This document shows, one piece after another, positions 1 to 8,599 of a DNA stretch of 64,000 bases (the stretch's first letter is position 1; every line of letters begins with the position of its first letter). The notes beneath the pieces were generated by a model, which ran no database searches, had not been told where the DNA came from, and saw only the letters and a program-made list of their open reading frames with translations. This DNA comes from Spirochaetaceae bacterium (GTDB taxonomy: Bacteria > Spirochaetota > Spirochaetia > DSM-2461): contig OZ245056.1 of NCBI GenBank assembly GCA_965224705.1, positions 288,001 through 352,000 of the forward strand, given 5' to 3'. A program made the translations under genes and the position numbers.

Positions 1-381
1 TCCGTTATGGCCTAATGGGTTATGACTGGCTGAAATATAGGCAAATCCATCGATATCTTTGTCTCTGGCAGATCGAGCCATTATCTCAGGGGCCGGTGCG
101 ATACCGGCATACCGTATCTGACATCCAAGGCTTTCCAAACCATTCATTATAATCTCAGCCAGTATCGGGCCTGTGGGCCGGGTGTCGGTGGCAACCAGAA
201 CGGCAGGTGTTTCATTGCAATGATCAATGAGCCACTGACCCCATACGATTCCCATGCCCATGGCAATTATTCTGTTCTCGGGGAGGGGGTGAGTTCCAGC
301 ACCATGTTCGCCATCCGGGGCAAAGATTTTTCGCCAGCCGGATGCTGAGAGGATTAAGTTATCGAGAACATTGTTGAGCAT
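1..381 (-). CDS. Phosphohexomutase (phosphoglucomutase/phosphomannomutase family), N-terminal part, runs off the window edge
   Basis: Manual translation from ATG 381: MLNNVLDNLILSASGWRKIF...VATDTRPTG...YISASHNPLGHNG; SASHNP is the catalytic phosphoserine motif. Confidence 0.85.
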   Translation of the reverse strand, partial: MLNNVLDNLILSASGWRKIFAPDGEHGAGTHPLPENRIIAMGMGIVWGQWLIDHCNETPAVLVATDTRPTGPILAEIIMNGLESLGCQIRYAGIAPAPEIMARSARDKDIDGFAYISASHNPLGHNG

Positions 382-414
382 GGGGGGTATATTATCGAGT
401 GAAACGAAAAAGAT

Positions 415-1644
415 TCAATCCGAAACCTCCTCCTTCGGTAAAGTACAGGCAAAAAGAGAATTACCGACCGCCATTAAAGCAGCCAGCGAGAAAAGAAGTT
501 CAACTCCAATCTTCTCCCAGATGAAGCCGCCAGCTAGAGCGATCAATACACTCATGAGATGATTCACCGACAATCCGGTGGAAAGAGTTGAGGTTATCTC
601 CTCCCTGTCATGGCTGAGACGCCCGGCATATACACTGGAAGCAATACAGGCATTTGAAATTATTCGATCCAGCACGAATATCGCACTGGTAACAATGAAT
701 GCTGTCTGCTGGTTGAACAGGTGATGGGAGAATCCATAGGCGACACAGACGAAGAAGAGGATGGCAGTATCACCAATCATCACTCTTCGATAACCGAGAT
801 GATCAATGAAGTAGCCGATAATGGGAGTCGATACAATGTTGAGCAGAGCACAAACTCCCAACAGACCTGCGATATACTCGGTACCGGCACCATATTTCAG
901 GATGAGAAGGTAGGGCGCAAAAGTCAGAAAAACCTGCTTTCTTGCACCATAAAACAATTCCAGGGCATAATACTTGTTAAACTTCCGGTGAAAGTAGACT
1001 CTTCTCCGTTCCAGAGTTCCAGTAGATCGGGGCATCTTCAACGCAGCGGAGGCGGCCAGTCCCATCAATACGATGACTGAAATAAACACCACCACATATC
1101 CAGCCCGTCCACCGGTATCTCTATCCATCTGAATTCCCGGCTGAAGAAACAGCAGGGAAACCAGAATCATACCGACAGTGTAACCAATGCTTTTCAGTGC
1201 ACGGATAAAACCCAGAGCCCGACCTTCCCGGCCCGATTCAGCCGCATGTATCGCATATGATTGCCGCACTGGCATGATAAGATGATCGCCAATATTGAAT
1301 ACCATCAGGAAACCAATGACTTTGAAGACACTGGTGAAGGCGAGGAGTATACCCACTATCCCAACAATACAGATTATCATGGAAAGCCAGATGATATTTC
1401 TCTCATTCACCCGATGCAAAAGGGACAGGATAAAAACCAGGCATAATCCGGGGATTTCTCGAAAAAACTCCACAATACCCCTGCCGCTCTTTCCAATACC
1501 CAGCCAGGCCAGGTAATTATCCTGAACTCCAAGAAACAGACCCTCTGCGAGACTGAAAAGTATCATGGCCAGAAGAAACAGGGCATAATGCTCCACCCTT
1601 GAGGATGTGAAGTAATCTCGAATTTCAGCCCGGTAATCTGTCAA
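415..1644 (-). CDS. MFS transporter
   Basis: 409 aa with about 12 hydrophobic segments and an MFS-like loop motif GYFIDHLGYRR. Confidence 0.85.
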   Translation of the reverse strand: MTDYRAEIRDYFTSSRVEHYALFLLAMILFSLAEGLFLGVQDNYLAWLGIGKSGRGIVEFFREIPGLCLVFILSLLHRVNERNIIWLSMIICIVGIVGILLAFTSVFKVIGFLMVFNIGDHLIMPVRQSYAIHAAESGREGRALGFIRALKSIGYTVGMILVSLLFLQPGIQMDRDTGGRAGYVVVFISVIVLMGLAASAALKMPRSTGTLERRRVYFHRKFNKYYALELFYGARKQVFLTFAPYLLILKYGAGTEYIAGLLGVCALLNIVSTPIIGYFIDHLGYRRVMIGDTAILFFVCVAYGFSHHLFNQQTAFIVTSAIFVLDRIISNACIASSVYAGRLSHDREEITSTLSTGLSVNHLMSVLIALAGGFIWEKIGVELLFSLAALMAVGNSLFACTLPKEEVSD

Positions 1645-1856
1645 ACTGCTGTCATCCGAAGGATCGGAGTGAGGACAACTGCATCGTCCCTGCCCGATGC
1701 CCGCATATCAGTCCGTCTTTCTGGCTTACAGGGATTCCCATTCAAATCGTTGTTACGATTGTGCTCGCCGATAATCATGCCCTCGTACACAGGAGCACCG
1801 GGAACAGCAGAAAGTGGACCTTCCTGATGCCTTAAAATCTTCGCCGTAACCACACC
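1641..1856 (-). pseudogene. typA: Degenerate C-terminal fragment of GTPase TypA/BipA
   Basis: PGAPVYEGMIIGEHNRNNDLNGNPCK...TDMRASGRDDAVVLTP resembles the conserved TypA C-terminal motif; no GTPase domain upstream. Confidence 0.75.
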
Positions 1857-2066
1857 GACATTGTGCAGCTTTTCATTGACGGCATTTGCGTTATTATTGT
1901 TTTTCATTGTTTCCTGATAACTATACACCATGGGAACAGGACTGGAACAGGGGATGAATTACGAATAAATCCGTATTCTCCACTGCTGTGGTACCGTAAA
2001 ATACAGGAAATGACTCAACAGGATTATTGTGTTTACAAAATTGGAAATAAATACTATCTTTATAGC

Positions 2067-2603
2067 ATGAAGACAATCTCAATAAAAAAATATATTGTAT
2101 CAGTAGTACTGGCTCTCTTTTCTACAGTGACTGTATTTGCTGAATATCCGCCTGAGGGCTGGACAGACAGCTTTACCGAAGGTATTGAACAGGCCCGGCG
2201 AGAAAACAAGATGCTTCTCCTCAATTTCACAGGATCGGATTGGTGTACCTGGTGTATAAAACTGGAATCCACCATCTTTTCTACCTCTGAGTTTAAAGAT
2301 TGGTCTGAGAAGAATATGGTGAAGGTTTTCCTTGACTTTCCTTCCAGGATCAATCTCTCCGAAGAAACAATGAATCAAAATCAGCAGTTGCAGCGTTTTT
2401 TTGGTGTACGAGGTTATCCAACCCTGATGCTTCTGGATTCCAATCTTATTCCCCTGCTGAAGACAGGATATCAGAATATGAACACCGCTGAATTCATTGA
2501 GCACCTACAGAATGATAGGAATATTGATCTCAGGGCCCCCGATGAGTACCTTATTGCAATAAAGAAGTTGATTGAAGAGAGTATTTCTCCAACCAGACTC
2601 TGA
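2067..2603 (+). CDS. Exported thioredoxin-family protein
   Basis: Signal peptide, then FTGSDWCTWC (CxxC) and cis-Pro loop GYPT; start moved to ATG 2067. Confidence 0.85.
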   Translation: MKTISIKKYIVSVVLALFSTVTVFAEYPPEGWTDSFTEGIEQARRENKMLLLNFTGSDWCTWCIKLESTIFSTSEFKDWSEKNMVKVFLDFPSRINLSEETMNQNQQLQRFFGVRGYPTLMLLDSNLIPLLKTGYQNMNTAEFIEHLQNDRNIDLRAPDEYLIAIKKLIEESISPTRL

Positions 2604-2615
2604 ATCCGGGCAGAA

Positions 2616-4121
2616 TTAGAAAAAGCGAATCATGCTGAAATAGAAGCCTGGTATGCCGTGCTCATTAAAAGGCATATCAAGAAGGATGGTCAATTTACTG
2701 CCGACTGGGGGGAATGATATTCGCAAACCAGGACCGACACGCAATTGAGGCATGGCATGAAAACTTTCTGTAAAGCTTCCATGCCATGAAACATCACAAA
2801 AGGCCGCCACTTCCAGAAACATCCATTTTTGACGGATTGGTACGATACCGAATTCCAGGTTGACACCAAACACCAGAGGAGAAAAATACTCATGGCTGTC
2901 GCCTCCACGGAGGTAATACTTCTGGTCAATCTGATACATTGGATAAATAGATGAGGAATACTCCAGTTTTATCCTTGCGGACAGGGTCAGCCAATCTTTG
3001 GCAAAGACTTGATGGTATTGGGCCTGGGTAAGGAATTCCCAGTAAATTTGATCCTGAAATGGTGTCCACATGGTGAGGGATGCCGTTCCCTTGTAGCCTT
3101 GCCGGTGCTGATCCTTACTGTTTATTCTATCCAGGGTCACTTCCATACCAAAACCTGGATGATTCTCAGTCATTTGATAACCATTGAATCCCAGACTGTC
3201 AATTTCATCCCTGGAGAATACATCATGGTGGTATTTCAGCAGCAGGGATGCTTCCAGTTTATTATCCCACTCATATGTTAATTTGGTATCTATAGAAGCT
3301 CCACTTCGATGAAAAGCATCAGTGCGAACACCCCTGTGCGTGATGTAGGAAAGTTCATTGTGTGTTCCAGCTATGATTCCAAGGCGCAGGGGAATTTTTC
3401 CCATGAGCCGATGTATATAGATGACATTGAAATTGAATCTGGGTGGTTCATCTTTCACAAAGGTTCCTAAAACGTTAGTCATGAGAAATGATCCCTGTCC
3501 CAGGAAATTGCTGTCCAGAGCACCAAACATTGTATTCATCCGACCGCTGAGACTGTCTCCTTCAAAAAATACTATTGGAAGAAATGTCCATTTCTCCCGA
3601 ATTCGTATTTCAATTACAGTGTCATCATCTTCATCATAAAGACCCCAGTCGATCTCGAAAAAAAGATTCCGATTGAGCACTCGCTGGATAGATTCTTCAA
3701 TTGTTTCTGTATCAACCCGTTGTCCCTCATCAAAGAGTAATTCACGGAGAATAACTTTTCGATGGGTTTTCCAGTTCCCGTTTACTATGATTCGGTCAAT
3801 GGTTACAAACTCTCCCGGTTCAGGGCGATATCCAGGATTGACAGTCAAATTCAGATTCAGAATCTTCCTGCCCCTTACTCCTGGTATCAATTGATAGTTC
3901 AGAGATGAGTATCGACCGGCACTCTTGAGGTTGTTCAATGCCTTTTCTAATTCCAGCATTGAAATCTCCATGCCTTTTTTCAGTCCAAGTTTTTTCTTCA
4001 CCCATTCAGGAGATGATACTCCATCAGATTCAATCTGAATTCTGTCAAGGACGAAGGGAAGAGTATTTGCCTGAAGTGCAGCGGTTGTTAGAAACAGAAG
4101 CAAAGCAGTACGTTTACGCAT
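2616..4121 (-). CDS. POTRA-domain outer membrane beta-barrel protein (Omp85/BamA/TamA superfamily)
   Basis: Signal peptide MRKRTALLLF, two POTRA-like segments (IIVNGNWKTHRKVILRELLF), NFLGQG barrel start, LRGG motif, C-terminal Phe. Confidence 0.75.
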   Translation of the reverse strand: MRKRTALLLFLTTAALQANTLPFVLDRIQIESDGVSSPEWVKKKLGLKKGMEISMLELEKALNNLKSAGRYSSLNYQLIPGVRGRKILNLNLTVNPGYRPEPGEFVTIDRIIVNGNWKTHRKVILRELLFDEGQRVDTETIEESIQRVLNRNLFFEIDWGLYDEDDDTVIEIRIREKWTFLPIVFFEGDSLSGRMNTMFGALDSNFLGQGSFLMTNVLGTFVKDEPPRFNFNVIYIHRLMGKIPLRLGIIAGTHNELSYITHRGVRTDAFHRSGASIDTKLTYEWDNKLEASLLLKYHHDVFSRDEIDSLGFNGYQMTENHPGFGMEVTLDRINSKDQHRQGYKGTASLTMWTPFQDQIYWEFLTQAQYHQVFAKDWLTLSARIKLEYSSSIYPMYQIDQKYYLRGGDSHEYFSPLVFGVNLEFGIVPIRQKWMFLEVAAFCDVSWHGSFTESFHAMPQLRVGPGLRISFPPVGSKLTILLDMPFNEHGIPGFYFSMIRFF

Positions 4122-4187
4122 ATCGGGAACACACATTCTAACTATAAGCATCATGCAGGACAAGGCATGTTATTGTGCCAGTGCGGA

Positions 4188-4949
4188 TTACAGAATTCCC
4201 GGGATTATCGCCTTGCGGTTTGTTGGATAATCAGCAAATTTTTTCTTATACCATTGATGACCCGCAATGCCGCGTGGGAAAACATTGGCAAAAGTAAAAA
4301 CTGCGAAGGCAAGACCAGCCAGTGACCATGTCATGATGGCCCATCCAGCCCATTGAATAATCTCTCCAAGGTAGTTGGGACAGGAAACCAGGCGGAAAAA
4401 GCCGCCCTGAGGAATTATGTACTTATTCGACCCTGGATTCTGGGATAGAATCCGTCTGTCAGAGTCAAAATGGATTAAGAATCCTGTGAAGAATAATATG
4501 GTTCCCATAACGAATTGGGGCTTAGAAAACCAGGAAGTATCGATAGGCCGAATGGCAAACAGGTGGATACCATTGATGAAACCATTGTTGAAGTTGAATA
4601 TCGCAGCCATTGCAGCCATGGAAATCGGGAAATTGGAACTCCTGTGTTTCATGCCTATTGGGAAGATAAAAGTGCGATATATGTAATGAAATTCCCAGAT
4701 CACAAGAAAAATCCATGACCAGCCCATGCCCGCCCGATAAAACCAGGCTAAAATGGCAATTGTGAAAACAGCAGGAATCTCCATAAGCATCCAGGCCGAT
4801 TGTGATCGTATATTTGGTCCCCACCTGGTACTGGAGAACTTTCCATAAGGAGCGTTTATGAAGTTGAGGCAGATGAAGGTTATCCCTGCGGCGATGAACT
4901 GAGTTGTAAGAGCAATTTGGTAAAAATTATGCAGAATAATTCCTATCAA
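4188..4949 (-). CDS. Steroid 5-alpha-reductase family membrane protein (SRD5A/DET2-like)
   Basis: APYGK, WMLMEIP, HYIYR, YIIPQGGFFRLVSCPNYLGEIIQWAGWA and C-terminal HQWY...YP..RKAIIP motifs. Confidence 0.9.
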   Translation of the reverse strand: MIGIILHNFYQIALTTQFIAAGITFICLNFINAPYGKFSSTRWGPNIRSQSAWMLMEIPAVFTIAILAWFYRAGMGWSWIFLVIWEFHYIYRTFIFPIGMKHRSSNFPISMAAMAAIFNFNNGFINGIHLFAIRPIDTSWFSKPQFVMGTILFFTGFLIHFDSDRRILSQNPGSNKYIIPQGGFFRLVSCPNYLGEIIQWAGWAIMTWSLAGLAFAVFTFANVFPRGIAGHQWYKKKFADYPTNRKAIIPGIL

Positions 4950-5632
4950 TTAGTTTTTTTCTTTGAGGACGGCATCTCTTCTTCCGGGGCTGGGTGTGTT
5001 CGAAAAACATGATCCCACAGAGTGTTGGATACCCCGAACCGTTTGTGAGGAAACCTGTGATGACGCATATGGTTTTTTCGGAGGTTACGGTACCATTTCC
5101 AGTCGGTATCAAAAAAATGAACACACCAGTGCAGTGTATCGTATATCAGGTATCCAGAAGTAATTCCTGCATAATAGGCAAAACCAGCCCATCCTGCATC
5201 AGCGATAAGTCCAAAAACTATCCAGATGGGCAATATCAATATCAGTCCAATACTGAGGCTTGCAATGACAGGAACCACCAGGCGGGTATTGAGCATTGCC
5301 TGAGCATGATGGATTCCATGGGAATACCATGCAATTTTATGCCGCAGATCACTTTCTCCCTCATAGTGAAATATAAATCGATGAAGAAAATACTCAATCA
5401 AAGTCCAGCTGAAGATACCGGACAGATACCACAGGGGGGCAAACAGCAGCAATTTCAAAATTGGAATACCAGCCTTTCCTCCCTGATAGAAACAGGCAAA
5501 AGTGGTTATAACCGTAATCGGCCCCCATACCGCCCATACATGCCATAGTTTGATATGAGTAAATCGCTCAAGGAAATCCGATTGAAAATAACGAAGTGGT
5601 TTGGGTTGTTTTATGTTTAATCGACGTATCAT
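4946..5632 (-). CDS. Fatty acid hydroxylase / sterol desaturase family diiron membrane enzyme (FA2H/Scs7-like)
   Basis: His boxes EYFLHRFIFH, HGIHH, YDTLHWCVH, HMRHH and FGVS; AGGAGA RBS before ATG 5632. Confidence 0.85.
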   Translation of the reverse strand: MIRRLNIKQPKPLRYFQSDFLERFTHIKLWHVWAVWGPITVITTFACFYQGGKAGIPILKLLLFAPLWYLSGIFSWTLIEYFLHRFIFHYEGESDLRHKIAWYSHGIHHAQAMLNTRLVVPVIASLSIGLILILPIWIVFGLIADAGWAGFAYYAGITSGYLIYDTLHWCVHFFDTDWKWYRNLRKNHMRHHRFPHKRFGVSNTLWDHVFRTHPAPEEEMPSSKKKTN

Positions 5633-5724
5633 AGTATCTCCTGATCTCAAGTCTTCTATCAGTGAACTGAAAATGACTCATTGTGTAAAGAATCAAACGG
5701 ATAAAAAATAGAATTCTTGATGAT

Positions 5725-5751
5725 TAAGTCTATGGATCCTTCTGTCGATAA
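5725..5751 (+). promoter_or_regulatory. Sigma28 (FliA)-type promoter
   Basis: TAAG-N15-GTCGATAA versus consensus TAAA-N15-GCCGATAA, with exact 15-nt spacing. Confidence 0.6.
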
Positions 5752-5757
5752 GATGAA

Positions 5758-5819
5758 CAACTGACATTTGTCGTTACAGCCCATGGGGATCCGACGTCCA
5801 GACCCATGGGCTTTTTTTT
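5758..5819 (+). ncRNA. Candidate small RNA of about 60 nt
   Basis: Lies between the sigma28-like promoter and an intrinsic terminator, on the strand opposite all flanking genes; no ORF. Confidence 0.45.
5778..5819 (+). terminator. Rho-independent terminator
   Basis: AGCCCATGGG...CCCATGGGCT stem ending in a T8 run. Confidence 0.8.
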
Positions 5820-5890
5820 GCGCAGAATCCCGGCTGCCCCCCTGCCTGATCAAATCAATGTCTGGTGGGACAATCAATTCCAATATTGGG

Positions 5891-6523
5891 TTAAATGAGA
5901 CCGGGTTCCTGCTGGCTTTCTGACACTGCACCTTTAATAAACAGGCATGGCACCATTCCCTTCCGTGAAGTATCATTCGTGAGATCCGCAAGTGAGTGGT
6001 GACTCAAATATGATATTTTCCTCTTACTCGCTAATGCCATGGCCAGGGCGGCACTTCTTCTGGCCAGTTCATGCGCATCCCGTTCTTCATCCAGGCTGTC
6101 TGACATGCCATTTTCAAACACACCATCATCAAAGGCTGAATAGGCCGCAAGATTGGATGATGCTATGAAACTGCTGTAGGCAATGACTGAAACATGGGCA
6201 GAAACGGTGTCGACTGCTTCCGCCACTGTATCGGCATCCCGGGTAATGACAAAAAGCACTGTGACGCCCTGTCTGGCGATGTTTTCGATCTGACTTCTCT
6301 GCAGTTCGGGATTCCTGTTGGCGGTCTGTGTTACAATCTGGACTTTTTCATATTGATCCAATGCAGAAAGAAGTGCGTTCTCACTGGGGCTGCGCTGATC
6401 CGCAGAGTTGAAGAAAGAAATGCCCAGCATGACAGACTCCTTGTTCTTTTCCGATCCGCCCTTCGCAAAAATGAGCATTCCGGGGAGGGAAAGAAGGATA
6501 ATCAATAGCAGTATACGTTTCAT
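5891..6523 (-). CDS. Short periplasmic sugar-binding-protein homologue (XylF/RbsB-like, apparently one lobe only)
   Basis: Signal peptide (IFAKGG); QRSQIENIARQGVTVL...VIAY resembles a type I SBP N-lobe; only 210 aa. Confidence 0.6.
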   Translation of the reverse strand: MKRILLLIILLSLPGMLIFAKGGSEKNKESVMLGISFFNSADQRSPSENALLSALDQYEKVQIVTQTANRNPELQRSQIENIARQGVTVLFVITRDADTVAEAVDTVSAHVSVIAYSSFIASSNLAAYSAFDDGVFENGMSDSLDEERDAHELARRSAALAMALASKRKISYLSHHSLADLTNDTSRKGMVPCLFIKGAVSESQQEPGLI

Positions 6524-6535
6524 AATGCCTCCAAT

Positions 6536-7795
6536 TCAGGATTTATCAGTCTCCCTGCCCAGAGCTTCCAGCCGTTCAGCAGGAGCTGGATGAGAATAGT
6601 GCCAGAAACTATAGGCTGGGTGAGGGGTTAGATTACTGAGATTTCCCCTTCCTAACTCCAGAAGAGCCCGTCTCATAGGATCAGTTCCTGTCTGTTTTAC
6701 AGCAAACCGATCGGCCTGATACTCATGTTTTCGAGACAGATTGTTTACCAATGGGGAGATAAATGATGTGACGGGTCCGGTAAAAAACGCTGCAAGAAAA
6801 ATGATTCCATGAAGCGATGGATTATTGAATCCAAATGTCTGGAACAATGGAATCCATTCCACAGCCCATCCTGCGATGGCAAAGAAAGCAAAATTAACCA
6901 GAACTCCAAGGAGCAGGCGCTGACGAATGTGTCCGTGTTTCCAGTGCCCGATTTCATGGGCCAGAATAGCTTCCAGTTCATCTGTCTTCAAAGATTCAAT
7001 CAGTGTGTCAAAGATAACAATCCTCCGGGTACGGCCAATCCCGGTGAAATATGCGTTGGAATGTCGACTCCTGCGGCTTCCATCCATTACAAAAATACCC
7101 CGTACCTTGAAGTTACATCGTTCTGCCAGTGCATTGAGTCGTTCTCCAAGCTCTCCCTCTGGAAGCGCACTGAATTTGTTGAAGAGGGGTGCGATGATCA
7201 GGGGGTAAAGAATCGTGAGTATGAACTGAAATGCGGTAACAAAACCCCACGCCGCCAGCCACCAGTACTGGCCGATAAGCAACCTTGCCGCATAGAGTCC
7301 TGCCAGGAGAGCCATGAGCAGCAGAACACTGACAATCAACCCCTTCAGCACATCTCCGAAAAAGGCTGTAATACTTGATGTGTTGAAACCAAATTCCTCC
7401 TCAATGATGAATTTGGAATAGAGGGAAGCCGGCAGCCCCACAAGGCCTGATATCAGATATGCTGCGGCAAGGAAGATCAACCCATGCCAGTACACGGGCA
7501 GAGTCCAGCGTGCAATAAGACTGTCAAGACTCCCCGCTGCGTGGAATGCAAGAACCAGAATCATGATAATTCGGCCCTGTATTGAAGTAAAAAGCCCAAA
7601 ATATGCCCGCCGCAGAGAATAGGATACACAGCGGTTATAGGTGTCTTCCTCGATAACTCCGCTGAATGCCGATGGTACAGTTTGCCTGTTCTTGATAATC
7701 GTATTGATGTTGAGGACATCAAGCAGCCAGTCAATTAGAAAGTCCAGAATGAAGAATCCCGTCCAACAGATCAATATGATGCCTGAGATGTTCAC
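6536..7795 (-). CDS. M48 family zinc metalloprotease (Ste24-like)
   Basis: DGSRRSRHSNAYFTG, HEIGH, EYQAD and YSHP motifs with multiple TM helices. Confidence 0.92.
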   Translation of the reverse strand: MNISGIILICWTGFFILDFLIDWLLDVLNINTIIKNRQTVPSAFSGVIEEDTYNRCVSYSLRRAYFGLFTSIQGRIIMILVLAFHAAGSLDSLIARWTLPVYWHGLIFLAAAYLISGLVGLPASLYSKFIIEEEFGFNTSSITAFFGDVLKGLIVSVLLLMALLAGLYAARLLIGQYWWLAAWGFVTAFQFILTILYPLIIAPLFNKFSALPEGELGERLNALAERCNFKVRGIFVMDGSRRSRHSNAYFTGIGRTRRIVIFDTLIESLKTDELEAILAHEIGHWKHGHIRQRLLLGVLVNFAFFAIAGWAVEWIPLFQTFGFNNPSLHGIIFLAAFFTGPVTSFISPLVNNLSRKHEYQADRFAVKQTGTDPMRRALLELGRGNLSNLTPHPAYSFWHYSHPAPAERLEALGRETDKS

Positions 7796-7810
7796 AGGTA
7801 CTTGACTCCT

Positions 7811-8521
7811 TCAAAGGTACTGTTTTATCGCTACAGCTGGTTCTGGTCTGTTGCTGATAAGCTCTTCGGCATAAGGTGCGGATATCTTCACCCAGCGGGA
7901 ATATATTTCCCGGGCATCAGCATCATCCAGCTTCCATGGAAGGTTCTCATGATGGAGACGATGAGTGAGAATATAGAACACGATAGCCGCTGAAGCAGAA
8001 ATATTAAAGCTTTCAACAAATCCAACCATGGGGATGCGGAGATAGGTATCCGTCATAGCCCGAACATCATCGGAAATGCCATTTTTCTCAGATCCGAATA
8101 CCAGTGCCACCGGTCCATCGGTGAGATTGAGTGATTCCGGGCTTTCAGCATTTTCATCATATAAACTGGTTGATACTATACGGTAGTTTCGAGATTTCAA
8201 TGTTCTGAGTACTTCTTTCGTACAGGAGTGTTTTTGAGAATCCTCTTCCTTTTGATTATAGATTTTTACATCAAGCCATTGTGCCGTTCCCATATCGACT
8301 TGCTGTTCCGTTCTGAACTTGTTCCTGCCTCCTATGGCATGGACTTCCTGTATCCCCAGGGCATCACAATGCCGTATAACCGCACTCCCATTCCTGGGAT
8401 CATACAAATCTTCCAATACACATGCAATATAACGGGTTCGCTGTTCCAGTACTTTTTTCATCCTTGCAATTCGGCGAGGCGTAATAAATCCTTCCAGATA
8501 GTTCAACAGTTCCTTATCCAT
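7811..8521 (-). CDS. trmH: SPOUT tRNA/rRNA methyltransferase, TrmH family
   Basis: VLEDLYDPRNGSAVIR, ALVFGSEKNGIS, IPMVGFVESFNISASA; start moved to ATG 8521. Confidence 0.8.
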   Translation of the reverse strand: MDKELLNYLEGFITPRRIARMKKVLEQRTRYIACVLEDLYDPRNGSAVIRHCDALGIQEVHAIGGRNKFRTEQQVDMGTAQWLDVKIYNQKEEDSQKHSCTKEVLRTLKSRNYRIVSTSLYDENAESPESLNLTDGPVALVFGSEKNGISDDVRAMTDTYLRIPMVGFVESFNISASAAIVFYILTHRLHHENLPWKLDDADAREIYSRWVKISAPYAEELISNRPEPAVAIKQYL

Positions 8522-8599
8522 TATCAGAATTGTAAGAATAAACTTTGCCCTGCTTTCTGTCCAGGTATTATCTTCTCTACTGGAGACAACCGATAATAT

